This document shows, one piece after another, positions 36,351-48,872 of a stretch of 64,000 bases of DNA. The stretch spans positions 13,773,980 through 13,837,979 of the forward strand of contig MU059330.1 in NCBI GenBank assembly GCA_013265495.1, read 5' to 3'. Source of the stretch: Vicugna vicugna. Its lineage: Eukaryota. The first letter of the stretch is position 1. Every line of letters starts with the position of its first letter. The position numbers were made by a program, and so were the translations under genes. The notes under the pieces were generated by a model. It ran no database searches. It had not been told where the DNA came from and saw only the letters and a program-made list of their open reading frames with translations.

Positions 36351-38889
36351 ACTCTTTTGAACTAGTACATTAACAATCTGTAATTTGAATTTTGAGTACT
36401 TTAACTTCAGAATAAATAGACTTGAATAAACTTGGGGGGGAAGTTGATAAAGGAGACATAAATAAGAAGATAACACACATGATGCAGTAATCTGTAGACT
36501 GACAGAAACTGACATGCGATTTGAGTCTATGGTTTGTGGGACACACACATTTACACACTGTCCCCGTGTCGTCCTGTGTCTCCGAGTGATGCTGATGTTC
36601 CAAGGCAGGGCATCATCTATGGTGCAGTTGTCATGAAAAGCAGAGTGACTGCTGCAGTGATCAATCCCCCAATCTAGGGATTTATCTCAACCAGTTTGGA
36701 ACTTGTCATTCAAGCAAAGTCCAGAAGGGTTGAGGTCAATAGTCACAGCTCATGGGGACAGCTGTCCTCCATGGTGCTACTCAGAGATTCAACTGACTCA
36801 CACTCAAGTTTCCCCCACCTCAACCTGCAGCCCCCGTGACCTCCAAGTCCGAGGAACCACTGGGACCCCCACCCAGCAGTGCCACAGAGCACACCTGAAA
36901 CCAGGCTGCTGGCCCTGCCCACCTCAGGGTGGTGGGAGTGGAACTCCGGCAGGAGAGGAGGACTGGATACCGGCCAGCACTGGTTGCATCACTCACACGT
37001 GGTAAGCACAGCTCTGCCCAGTGGCACCCTGGCCCCTCGTCCCTGGCTTTGTTGTGTCCCTTGCCCCCACGTTGACATGACCTGCTAAGAGCCTCCGGTG
37101 CTCCTGACAGGACGGGGCTGCCTCGCTGACCCTGGGACCCTGGCAGCATCACACACCTGGCCAGAGTGTCCTCGGGTGTCAGCTGCGTTGGGGCACCTCG
37201 GGGACAACAGGTCTGTCCTTTGTGCCTTGAGAGGCTCCCTCACAAGGATGCTTGTTTGTGGCTTGTCTTTCTAAAGCTGTATCTCCAGGAAGACCATAGA
37301 TACTGAGGCTGCTGGACGGTGGACTCACCCACCTGAGCGTCGGGCTCTCCTCCATGTCCCGTCAGGTGCAAGCCACGTTATCCTGGAGGAAGGTGGCTCC
37401 TCTCCTGTCTTTATATCACAAAGCAGTGAGAACAACCTTCTTTGCAAAATGCAAATACCCGCGTAAGGAGAGGCCGGGGGAGCTGTGGCTGAGCCCATGT
37501 CCAGCTCGGGGCCTCCGAAGAGCACGCGTGGGCGCGTGCCACCCTCTCGGGACTGGGGGAAAGAGCATTCATCCCCCGGCTCCTGCTCCATGGGTCAGCA
37601 GTCCCAAGTTCACAACGAGCAAGTGACCAGCTGCTGCCAACAGGCCCCTCACTCTGGCATCCGGCACACAGAGGGCCCTGGGCAGAGCCGGGAGGGGGCT
37701 GGCACCGCCATCAGGTTGCTTGTCCAGGCACCTCAGAGGTGGGCCAGGAGCACAGAGGACAGGGGACACGGTGAGCATCAGTGAGAGCTGCCATCAGGGT
37801 TCGAGTCGGGAACGCAGCTTCTGAAAAGTGTTTCCATTCAATTGGATGACCGAGGTCACTGATCAACGTCCAACCTTACTTTTCAGGCTCACTTACCGTT
37901 TTGCAGAAGAGAAGCGTGGAGAGGGGCCAGGAGGCTGGGTCTGGGGCGGGCAGCCAGCGGGGCTCTGGGTGGGGCCGCGTCCGCCTGCACCGGCTGCTCC
38001 TTGTCAGGGGAAGCGTGTGCAGAGAGGCATCCTCTGGCCGGGGCGGGGTCCCTGCCGGGTCTGCCCTCCAGCCCCGCGGCTCCCTGCGGGAGTCCAGGCA
38101 GAGCAAGCTGGCCTCTGCCTCTTTTCCACTAACAGAAATGCTGGCACCTTTTCCACGTCTGGCTCGCTCCCAAATGCCTTCCTCGTCCTCAGGTGCTGCT
38201 CAGTCTTAGGCCACGGTCAAGGTTCCTGGGGGCTGACCGTCTTACACAAACCGCTCTCTGTCGACTTCACCCACCCTGCTCTCCCCACCAACCTGCAGAG
38301 CTGGTTACCAGAAGGCAATCAACTAAACCCAGAAGCAAAGTGGACTCTTAGAACCAAACGTAAGTTTTACCGTTTAGTTGTCATTGAAATTAGTTTAACC
38401 GATTCCTGACTGACTGGATTTTGTGGTCGCCCAAAGGCCACCAGAAGCTCCTCTCCGCGTGAGGTCAGGAGGTTTAGTTGGTCAAGGGGATGCGACGGCC
38501 CACTGGTGGAGCACTGAGAAAGAAATTGTGTGAACGTGGTCACAGGAGAGAGACGTTAGGGGTCTCCTGGCTGCGCGCATCAGGGAGCCTGGCCTCAGCC
38601 TAGCTCACTCACAGTAGGCCTGCCGCCCTCGGTGCGAGGCTCGTGGGCGGGAGGGCCAGGCAGCCCAAGACCCACTCACCTGCCTGCCTGCACCCCCTCC
38701 CCACCCCTGCATTGGCTTCATCCTTGGGCCAGCAGTAATATCGGCTTGTTCCAGAGGTCACTTCCACATACACCTTGACCAGCAAAAAAGAGGCCCTCTC
38801 TTTCTTTCATCACAAAGGAATCTTACCCTGAACCCTGAGCTGACCCCCCTTGCCTCTCAGGGGTCAGCCCTGTGTCTCAGGCTCATGCT

Positions 38890-39250
38890 GGTGGCTGGCA
38901 GCTTCTGAAGAGGCTCCCGATGGCCCTGCCTCCGGTTTCGTGCACGCCCCTTGAGTGTGGGCTGGGGTTACCTGACACACTCCTGTGACTCCCATTCTGC
39001 CCACACTCTCCCTCCTCTCACGTGCTCAGATTGAGAGCCACCCGACCAGGCCCACCAGGTGAGGGTGGGGATGCCAGGCACAGAGACCCCCCATCCAGAA
39101 TTGCTCAAGGGGATGCATCCTGGCAGAAAATGTGGGTCCCTCCCCAGTCGAGCCTTCAGATGAGACCCTGAGGCCCCCTGCGCTGCATCCAGGCCCGCAG
39201 CCCGCAGACACCCTGAGACAGTGAAAGATGCAACATCTTGGGGCGATTTG
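38890..39250 (+). mobile_element. MLT1D/E/F-like LTR fragment
   Basis: ccccttgagtgtgggctgg and ccccagtcgagccttcagatgagacc are diagnostic MLT1 motifs. Confidence 0.65.
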
Positions 39251-42200
39251 TCAGGGCGATAAATAGCTAGTGCAACGCTGGGTCACTCACAGGGCGGGGG
39301 TAAGACCCAGTCAGGATGGGTCCTTGGAGCTGAGGTCCGGTCACCCTTTCCAGGGGCCTGTGGGGGAAGGCAGGGCTGCCCCAGCTGGGGGTTCCCACGA
39401 GGGAAGAGGCCAGGCAGCTGGGGTGGCTGCTGGAGGCGTACTGCCTGGGGGAGAGTGGCCGTGAATGCCCCAATCCGCTCCTGCATTCAGACCTTTTTTC
39501 TGAGCACCTACTTCTCTTCCGGAAGGAAGCTGCATCTTAAGTGAGTGTGAACAGCGCCCTGTGGGATTGTGTGAGTCTGGCCCCAGGGGGCGGGCGGTGG
39601 CTGGGGCCCCGGGCTGAGCTCGGCTCTGGTGCGCTGCTGCTGAGGGTGTGCCGTCACGAGGGTCTTTTCAGCCGTGTACTCGCATTCCTGTTATTGGCTG
39701 GGCCTCCTGAAGTCTCAGAAATGCGGTGGTGGATTAAACCGTGGAAAGTGGGCGAGAGTCTGACTCCTTCTCCGCCAGCTTGCTGGCAGGCACTACTGCA
39801 GAATGCTTTTCCGATGAGGCGTTTATGGAAAACATCTCTGAGCGCTGTAAAAACAACTGTGTTTGTAAGAGAAAGCTATTGTGCCAGGAAGCTTTGTCAG
39901 AAACTCAGGCTAGAGGAACGCAAAGAACCAGCAAAGGAGGGAAGGGCAGGCCGCCAGAGGGCCCTTCAGCCTCGCGTCCAGGTCGCCAGGCCGGACCAGG
40001 CCACGCCCCCCCCCCGGCTCTATTGCACACTCATGTGTCAGACGTGCCAACCAGCCACACCAACCAGCCTTCCTCCTCAATCAATCGGCGATTTCTGGTG
40101 AAACAACAAATGAGTGACAGACATCGGGGTGTGTCCTGCTACACGAGTGGGGTCTCCAGCATCCAGAAAAGCTGAGCCAAGGAGATGTGCCTGCCCTCCC
40201 TCTCCCCAGGGCTGCGGTCTGACAGCCGCCTGGCCTGCGACGTTCAGGTTCGCAACGGTTTGCTGCTGGCAGTGTGCGGGTCAGTCACCGCCGCCCCTGG
40301 AGCCTGGCCCCTGGAGGACAGAGACGGGACAACTGTCGGGTCCGGGAGGAAGGGCTTGGTGGCGGCAGCAACTCTGACTGGCCCTGATCCCTCGGGGTAT
40401 GTCCCAGGGACGTGGCATCCCCTCCTGGCAGGTTTCCAGTTTGGGGATTTTGTGTTCTAGCAGAAAAAGTGTTTAACCTCCGTGTTTCTAAGGTCCCTCC
40501 ACTTCGCACCTCTTGAAGAGGCATGGGAGCCCGGGGCCCCCTCCATGGTCGGCTTCAGCCTCCCACCCCCGCAAACCGCCTGACTGACCCGCCGACGTGG
40601 ACTCCAGCGCTCTTCACAAGGCTCGTGGGTGACAGCCACGAGTTGTGTCACTTTAATGAAAATCGCGTCACTGTTGCAAAGGGGTCGGGGGGACAAAGAT
40701 CAACTAGCATCTCTCAGACAGAGGCAACAAAACTCATTCTGAGATAGAAAAACACGTTTCCTCGGCAGCTGCCATGAAATGTTATCCCGTCTTCTAAAGC
40801 AGTGTTTCCTTTGGTGGCTCAAAACATTATTCCAAGGGTAAACAGGTGGAAACCAAAATGTGGGTGGAAAACTAGAGTGCCCGCTTTATCATGGTGACAG
40901 CTAGAACCGCAGGTGGGGCCCCGAGTGGGCCCCACACCCCCAGCGAGACCGACAGGCTAGCCCAGCTTCTGGCCGCGCCCCGTGCACCAGCCTGCGGCCC
41001 CAGTCTCCACCGTTCACACGTGGGGACGCCATGCCCAGGCTGTGACCCACAAAGAGCACTTGTCTAGAAAGTAGCCAGGGTCGTGGCAGAAGTCGCTCCT
41101 CCCAGGACTGGGACAGGAAATACGCGTGGGGACCCCATCGTGGGGTCGCAAAGCAGGGAGCCATCCAGACCACAGTACCAAGAAGAGGCTCCAGCCACCA
41201 AAACGGGCAGCTTGAGCCCCAGTGGATCAAACACAGGAGCTAAGTTCAAGTCCAGCAGGTGCTGCAGCTCCAACAACCCCTCCCTTCTCCCCTTTGGAGG
41301 GCCCGGAGACATCAGCTCACACAGCCCATCCCCCTCTCTGTGCTGTAAGCCAGGGCTGATCAGGGCAGGGTCCCCGCTGACGGGCAGGGGAAGGCTGCCG
41401 AAGTTCAGACAGCGCCGTGTCCAGGCCCTTGCCGCCACCAGCAGTGGTGACCGTCGTCACAGGAGGAAAGGCGCCCCCCGAGGGGCACTGCTCCTGGGAA
41501 CGCACGCCGCCCGAGGTGCAGTCCTGCCCACGCTCAACCTAAACCCGACCGGGTTCCCAGCTCTAACGGCCGACGGACGGAGGGCTGTAACTAATCCCAC
41601 GAGGAACGCGGGAACCTCCCCAGGACAAAACCTCACTTCTTCTTCATCAGCAGCGCGGCAGCAGAAAGGCAAAAGTCAGATGGGAGCTGAGCACCTGGAG
41701 AAATGGGTGAGAGGTCAGCTGTGCTCCGTGTCTGACCTTCCTCAGATCCCGAGGCCGGAACAACCTGGACAAAACAGGGAAGTGGGACACGGGTGGCATA
41801 TCTGAGGCTATCAGAGATTTGGTGACTCCCAGGTGTGGTGTTTGTCCCGGAGACGTTTTCACGTCCCCGTCTTTCAGGGACACTTACTGAGACACTTACA
41901 GATGTGGCACCTGTGTGTGCTTCAGAGCAAACAGCCGGGGACAGCGGTCGGACTGGCCTCGGGCCATGGAAGAGGTTGAGGACGGTGGTCCCACAGCCCG
42001 TGAGTTCTGTCCTTGCTGAAGCAGCTGCTTCTCTCCATTCCAGGATTCTTTTTATCTTTGTAAATGTTTGGAAGTTTCCACGAGAAACGGTTTTAAAATG
42101 TGGAGTTGGGAGCAGGGAAAGCTAGCATCTTCATGGTCCACACTTCTATTTTCTAGGCTGTCCCCAAGGCTGGGATAAGAGGAGAGCCCTGCACACCATC

Positions 42201-45200
42201 GTCCACAAGTTTCCCCTGCCCGTGGCACAGCCACGTGCAGCCACGTCCTCTCTGCGTGGCCTGGCCCCTCTCCTGGGTGGGCTGCAACTCAGGGATGGGG
42301 TCCCCGGGCCCTGTGGAAGCAGGAATGGGCCTGGATTCACATGGCTCCAGATTTACACCCCTGGGAGCAGACCACCAGTGTGGCTTCACACGCTGCCTGT
42401 CCCAGCCCAACTCCACCGATCCCGCAGGGCAAGCCTGTTGTGGACAAGAGGCTAAAGACAAGGGGGCGCCCAGACGAAGCTGGAATCGCGGGGGAGCACG
42501 GAGTTTCCTCAGGTCCCCCGCAGCCGGGAGAGCGGTGTTCACCCCGCAGGCAGCCGCCCAGGAGCGGCTGCGGACGGCGTCTGGCGCGTCGTGGGCACCA
42601 AGCTGACCCGGAGGAATGTGATTTGGGGGTTTAACAAAGTTGTCATCCATGGTGGAAGGCAGGCCCCAAAACAGCGACATCCAGCCTGCAAGCAAGTCAG
42701 AGGCAAACAGGCACAACCGGAGAGCGAGGCCCCGGCAGCAGCAAGGCCCGGAAGGTGCGCACACACTCCCTGTTGGGTGAGCGCCAGAGCCCCGCAGCCG
42801 CCACAGCGCACCTGCCTGCTCGCCGCCTGGACGCCCGGGCTGAGCCTCACCAGGGGCCGCCGGAGGCGCGGAACACCACGGTCCGCTGGACACAAACGCT
42901 CTGTCTCTGGGTTTCCCGTGAAAACTTCCCTCCCGCACTAGCCGCCCGGCCGCCCTCACGGCACGTTCAGCTGGGACGAAGGCGGGCATTTCCACCTCCT
43001 CCGTGTGCCCCTCTGTGTCACGGTGGCTGCAAAGCCAGATTTAGGTAAAATGTAAAGTTGCAAACTCCCAGTTCTGTGTTGCTCTTTTTTTAATTTTAGC
43101 CCATAGAAAATTTCTCAGAGCTTGCGACCCTTCAGGCCACGCGGCCTGACCTCCAGTCCTGAAGAAACTCTGAGGAATTGAAGCAAAAACCATCAACCCT
43201 TCCCAGCACTGTGGGGTGCCTGCCTCGACCATGAAGACCAGGGACCCAAGGTGGGCCGCTTCCTCTGCCAGACGGTGGGCAACACTGATGGTCACAGGCC
43301 TGGTGCTTGTTTCAGCTGCTTCTGTTCGACCACAATGACAACCACTCCACCTCCCCTCCCCTCAGAGAGACATGACCAGGGCACCGAGTCAGTGTCACCA
43401 CGAGGAGGGCGAGGGGTCGGAGGGGTCTGGGGGTCTGAGGTCAGTGGAAGGGCCACCAAGGCCCCCAGGCTGTGGACCCGGCGCAGGTGTCCTCTCCCAC
43501 CTGGCATCCAAGAGTGTGGGCAGGACCCCAGCCAGGCCGGGAGCTGCTGCTCTGGAGCCAGGACTTCGGTCAGTATTTCAAAATTCAGAGAACACGCGGC
43601 GTCGCGAGACGTCAGGTGGCCTGGGAGGTGACGTCTGTGATGACACCTCCCAGCAACAGACTGTCCCACAGACAGGACGCCAGACGGCAAGAAAGCCCCG
43701 TCTGGAAAGGGGGCTGCCTGAGCCGCGCTTTCTGGCCAAGATGGGGAGCCCCAGGCCATGGACGTGGCGCCAGCTGGAAGGTCACACCGGGCAGAAGAGC
43801 CGGCCTGAGGCTGGGCTCTTCCCTGAGGGTGCGGGGAGCGGTCACCCCAGGCCTCAGGCTACACAGGCTCTGAGGGAACTTCTGAAGAGGATGCCTGTGC
43901 ACACGGAAGCCCATTTCACACAGGACGGAAGCAGGTGGCCACCCCTCTGGAGGGCGGACCCGGAAGACTGTGCCAACTCTGGGTACATCCAGGTAGCCCG
44001 GAGTTTCTGACAGCTCACGAGAACGCAGGTGGCCCCCTGGCCGGGGCAGACCTTCACTCCAAGGTCTCACGATGCCAGGCTGCCAAGCCGAGGCCCTGAA
44101 GAAGCAGGTGTGTGTTCTCCGAGGAGCCCCCACTGGCAGGCAAGGCCCCCAACCCACAACCCAGCCCAGCACGTGTGCCTCTGGGTGTGTGTGCCCTTGT
44201 GCGTCCAGGAGACGACGTACTGATCCTTTGGTGTTTGTGGGGTGGGGTGGGTACCAGCCCCACGTCTGCGGGGCCCGGGGACCACCAGGCTCAAGGGAAG
44301 TAGGTGGAGACTAGGAATCCAATTTCCGGAAGGCCTGCCATTATAACCATTTCATTTCATTTTATCAGATGTTAAAAAAAACACAAAGCAAATCGCTTAG
44401 AGAAAGCTGGTATTTACTTTATTAGATCCCTTTTATCACTTTTTCCCGCTTTCTGCAGAGCCCCCCACCCATCACCTCTCAGTACAAACCCAGCGGGCGG
44501 AGCCTCAGCGTGCACGGCGGGTAACAGGTAGCGGCGGCCACGCAGAAGCTGCACCGAGCGCCCTCCCAGCAGCCCGGGCCTCCGCCACGTCCTGCCGCAA
44601 AGCAGCTGCTTCTCCCGGGGCCGTTTCACAAGCGGCCACAGACATCCCGCACCGCATAGCCAGACCCGAGCCCCCTGCCTGGTGCTTCTTCCCCGGGTCT
44701 GCACCCTCAGCCAGCGGTGGAGTCCCCGCCGCCTCGCTGGTGCTGCCGGTCCGGCCCCGCCACGCGTGGGGAGCGGGCTGGGACGCCGTCTCGGGGCAAA
44801 CACCCCGCGGCTCCAGTAAGACACAGACCACCGGCTCGCGTGTCGGGGGCCCAGCAAGGTCGGCTTCGACTTCTGGGCCCAGGGCAGCCACGCCAGCTCT
44901 CCCACTTTCCAGCCAGCGGGGACAGGAGGCAGGCAGAGAAGGGTAAGTGGTCTCCTCTTAAACTGGTCTTGCGGAAGCCCCGGGCACCCCCTCCCGCGTG
45001 GCTGCTAGGGGGGCGGCAGCAGCCACTTCTCAGAGGCGGCTCAAGGTCCAGGGGACGCCTGTTCCTAGAAGGAGAGAGGAGAGCGCAGGTGCTCGCGGGC
45101 CCTCAGCGGCGCCACCCCTGGGCTGATGGAAGTCTCCGGAAAGCCTTCTGCCAGCAGCCGTCATGACCCCCAACCAGTCACCACGTCCCCACCCTGCGAG

Positions 45201-45344
45201 GAACCTCGTCACACCCGCCATTAAGATGGGTTACAACGTGGCCCTTGATGACGCTACTGACCGCCGTGCAGGGCAGCCACTGTTTCCTCCCGACAGGCTT
45301 TCATTGTGAAAGAGCTGTGTTCAAAGGACAAAGGGTGAGTCTGA

Positions 45345-45481
45345 GGGGGAGGGCGTAGCTCAGTGGTAGAGTGTGCGCTCGGCACACACGCGGTCCTGGT
45401 TCAATCCCCAGTGCCTCTGTTGAAAGTAAACAAAATAAATACACAAACCTAATTACCTATCTTGCAAACAGAACAAAAAAA
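45345..45481 (+). mobile_element. tRNA-derived camelid SINE (vic-1-like)
   Basis: GGGGGAGGGCGTAGCTCAGTGGTAGAG...GGTTCAATCCCCAGT...ACCTAATTACCT and an A-rich tail. Confidence 0.9.
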
Positions 45482-45534
45482 TGAGTTCAAGTCTACGCAC
45501 TAAAAAAATTGTTGTAATGAGTGACCTTAGGGAA

Positions 45535-45760
45535 AGTGGCTACCGGCACATAGAAGTAAACACTGACCCGCGTCACAGGGCGTAACAAAACACACGTTCC
45601 TGGGGGACCGAGGCCTAGATGTAGGTGCTGAAATTGTAAAGCTGGAAGAACCGTCGGGGTCACAACTATAAATGTGAACGAGGAGGTAAATTAATACAGG
45701 GTAACGAAAGATTTGACTGTGTCAAGGTAAAATATTTGTTAGAAAGACATAAAAGATAGT
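45535..45760 (+). mobile_element. Old L1 ORF2 3'-half fragment
   Basis: gaggcctagatgtaggtgctgaaattgtaaagctggaagaa resembles the consensus aagacctaaatgtaagacctgaaactataaaactcctagaagaa. Confidence 0.6.
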
Positions 45761-46554
45761 ATCAAATATGATTTAGTATTAAAAGTATTTACTGAATTAT
45801 TAAATATTAGATAAAACATGGAAAATAAGTAATATTTAATATTATTTACTATGAGTGTTGCAAGAATAAATATTCCTATCTCCCTTAAACTACAAGAAAA
45901 AATATTTGGGCTTTTTTAGGGTCACCCTGGAACTTCGCTGGTTCTTTGTGCATTTGGGCTGCTGGTTTAAGACGCTGTGTTTCATCACGGTTTTTCTATA
46001 AGCTCTTCAGGGCTGGCAAAACAGCCCTCCCTCCCCCACGGCCCCGTAATCCTTGTGCCTGGAGGTCAGCGCAGGAGCCAGGGCCACGCCAAGTGCCGGC
46101 CCCAGGGCTCCGTGAAGCAGCCCTCTCACGGTGCGCATGCTCAGGCAGCCCCGGGGGTGGGGGGCCCGCAGGGCGAGGAGTCCTCCAGATGGTCCTCCTC
46201 TTGGAGACAGGACAGAGAGGCTAGAGATGTTCACAAGCAGGAGCTATTTGCTTCTAAGTTAAGGAACTTTCTTGCAAACCTGTTTTTCATGTCTATGAAA
46301 GTGATGAAAGGGTGCTTCATTTTAACTTCCAGCCTTTAAAGGCATTGTTTATTTTGCCCTCACCTTATACCTTCCCTTTAAGGTAATCTCTCTGCCTAGT
46401 TGCTTTCTCTGTATTGAAAATTATAATATATAATTACATAATAATATACAATCACCATTTTATAATTATACCTTATGATTACAGTGTAATCACATAATAG
46501 CATACAATTACAGCGTAACGTTATTAATCTTACTTGCCGAGGAGTACCTGCAGC

Positions 46555-46835
46555 GGGCAGCTGGGATGAGTTGTGCCGCTGTGACAAACAATCCCAACAA
46601 ATCCGCAGCTCCACACGGCGGTGGGTTCCCGCCCCCATGGTCTGTCCTGCCGGCCAGCGGGGTCTCCTTCCCGAGCCAGACTGCCTGAGCCTTGGCCTGG
46701 GGTTCGTGCTGTTGCCGTAGGGGGCCTCGCTCACCAGCTTCTGTGACGCCATGACACAGGTCACTTCTGCTTGGTTTCGCTGGCCAAAGGCAGTCACAAG
46801 GCCACACCTGCCTCGAGGTGGCCAGGCAGTGCAAT
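46555..46835 (-). mobile_element. MLT1J/K-like LTR fragment
   Basis: gctgtgacaaacaatccc start; gtcacttctgcttggtttcgctggccaaaggcagtcacaaggccacacctg...gcagtgcaatcc. Confidence 0.55.
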
Positions 46836-47401
46836 CCAGCCCTGCGAGCAGCCACACGCGGCCCCCAAATTTGGCAAGCAGCACCGACCCCCCCCCACAG
46901 CACGACACCCACTCAACACCATTCCCTGGCCAGAGACCACCGAGATGGAGTAGTCTGGGAACCAGAAAAATCTAGCAAGGTCACGACGGGAGTCCAGTCA
47001 TGCCCCCACAACCTGGCACTAAGTCCTCAGAACCATCAAAGGTGAGAGAATTCAGTCACTGAAGGTCCGCTGTTTTTTGGGCCTCTTGGCAGGAGGCCAG
47101 GTCAGAGAAGGAATTACTGGGGACAGATCTTGTGTGATGGATGGAGCCCCATTGAGATCCACGGAAGGCCCGAAGTTCCGGAGAAAGTCGTTCCAGCAGT
47201 GATGCTGCCGGCTCAGACTGCAGGGTCAGAAAGGAAACAGGGAGGGGGCTGTTGGGCCCCAAGAGGCTAGCTCACCTACCAAGCTGAGTCCCTCGTGATG
47301 CCGGCACGGTGACCAGCACAGGTCTCCCTCCCAACTGCGGTGATGGGCAGCAGGGCCGGAAACAACCTGGGGCCATGGCGTGGCACATCAGGGTGCCCCT
47401 C

Positions 47402-47745
47402 TGTTAGGGGCTGAGTTGTGTCCCCCAGAATTCACATGTTTACGCTCTTATGTGGACACGGCGTCACTGCACATGTAATTAGTGAAGATGAGGTCATGAG
47501 GGTGGGCCCCAACCCGGTCTGCTGATGTCCTTATAAATAGGAGATATTTGGACACGGAGACCAAGACACCCACAGGGAGACTGCCTGGTGACGATGGAGG
47601 CAGAGGTCAGATGGTGTGTCCACCGGGACAGCAGGGACTGCCAGTGGCCGCCAGAGTCTCACGGAATCCCCTCACGGCTGGAGAAGGCTGCCCGCAGCCT
47701 GGTCCCGGACTTCTCACCTCCAGCACTGAGGCAGTAACTGACTGC
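47402..47745 (+). mobile_element. MLT1B-like MaLR solo LTR
   Basis: tgttaggggctgagttgtgtcccccagaattcacatgtt...atgtaattagtgaagatgaggtcat...gtccttataaataggag...tttggacac. Confidence 0.85.
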
Positions 47746-48831
47746 GGTCTCAGCCACCGATCAGGACCCCTCCAGGGAGAGAGCGAGACACTGGGGCTGC
47801 CCTGAGCCCCGGGCAGAGTTGGTCCTGAGCAAAGCTGACCCACTTCCGACCCGGTGTCGTGACCAGCAGTCCCCCTGGAGCGCCTGTGTCCCGGGCAAGA
47901 ACACTGTCATTTTCAGACAGAAAATGAAAAGGTTGCTCACTGTCTAAGTAACTTTAACTGAGTCATTGATCTGAAGACTTTTAAAGTGAAACAGTGAGGA
48001 TTTCTGTTGCGCTTTGAAGTCAGCCCCGCTCCCTCGCCTCCCTCCGGGTGATTTTATAGCCATTAAGAATGTGTTCCTTTTATCTGGGCCTTCAATTAAT
48101 TGAATTTCAAAAATACTCTGAAATGGTGTTTTTTCATATAAAAATCAGCTAACTCCTGGAGGACATTCCCATGTGACTTGCCACCACAGTAATTAAAAGC
48201 CGGTGCATTACGCTGGTCACTGCTGGGGTGCCGTGGGCAAGGGGGTGTTTAACGTGGGGTCTGCAGCGTCCCCTGGATGCAATGCGGAGGACGGGGAAAT
48301 GCCACCTTCAGGGCGGCTTGGGACAGTAGCGCACACCTGAGTCACCCCGGAAGGGACACAGGACACTCCCAGGACAACAAAATGCCAGCTCTGTGCACGC
48401 CCAGCAAACGCTCCTATCTGCACGTGCTGTCTGGGTACACAGGGAGCATTCTCACACAGACCTCCGGAGCCCCCAGCCCCGGTGGGAGGGTGGAGGAGAG
48501 GTCAGAGGGCAGCTTGACTGGGAGCAGTGCCCAGGGGAGCAGGTGAGGGGCATAAGGTGTGCTCTTTGCATCTGGGCAACCACAAGCCCACAGCCTCGGT
48601 GCACTACACCCCCGCCACAGTCTTCTTTTCAAATGACCTGTGCAAATGCCATTCGGTACCTGTCACCTTCTGTTTGTGAATTTTTGGCAAACAGTTGCAA
48701 GAGAACAGCCCACATAAATGAGTGCCCTGGGGGAGCAGCCACGCCCCCTCTTCCCACCGACGGAATATACGCTTCCTTTGTGCAAACTCCAGGTGGACGT
48801 CCGCCCAGTGAGGCTTCCCGGGCTGTCGGCG

Positions 48832-48872
48832 GGAGGCCCCTCCCCCGCAGGAGGCCCCTCCCCCGCAGGAGG
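48832..48872. repeat. Tandem repeat, 18 bp x 2.3 (ggaggcccctcccccgca)
   Basis: Units at 48832 and 48850. Confidence 0.8.

Noticed and set aside
39575-39600. Weak CTCF-like motif gccccagggggcgg
   Set aside because: Two mismatches in the core, and such matches are frequent by chance at this GC content; ChIP data would be needed
27945-45420. tRNA-like sequences with A and B boxes (27945, 45345; also 2660 and 13401 on the minus strand)
   Set aside because: They lack a proper acceptor stem, have A-rich tails and TSDs, and share a SINE-specific ACCTAATTACCT segment, so they are SINEs rather than tRNA genes
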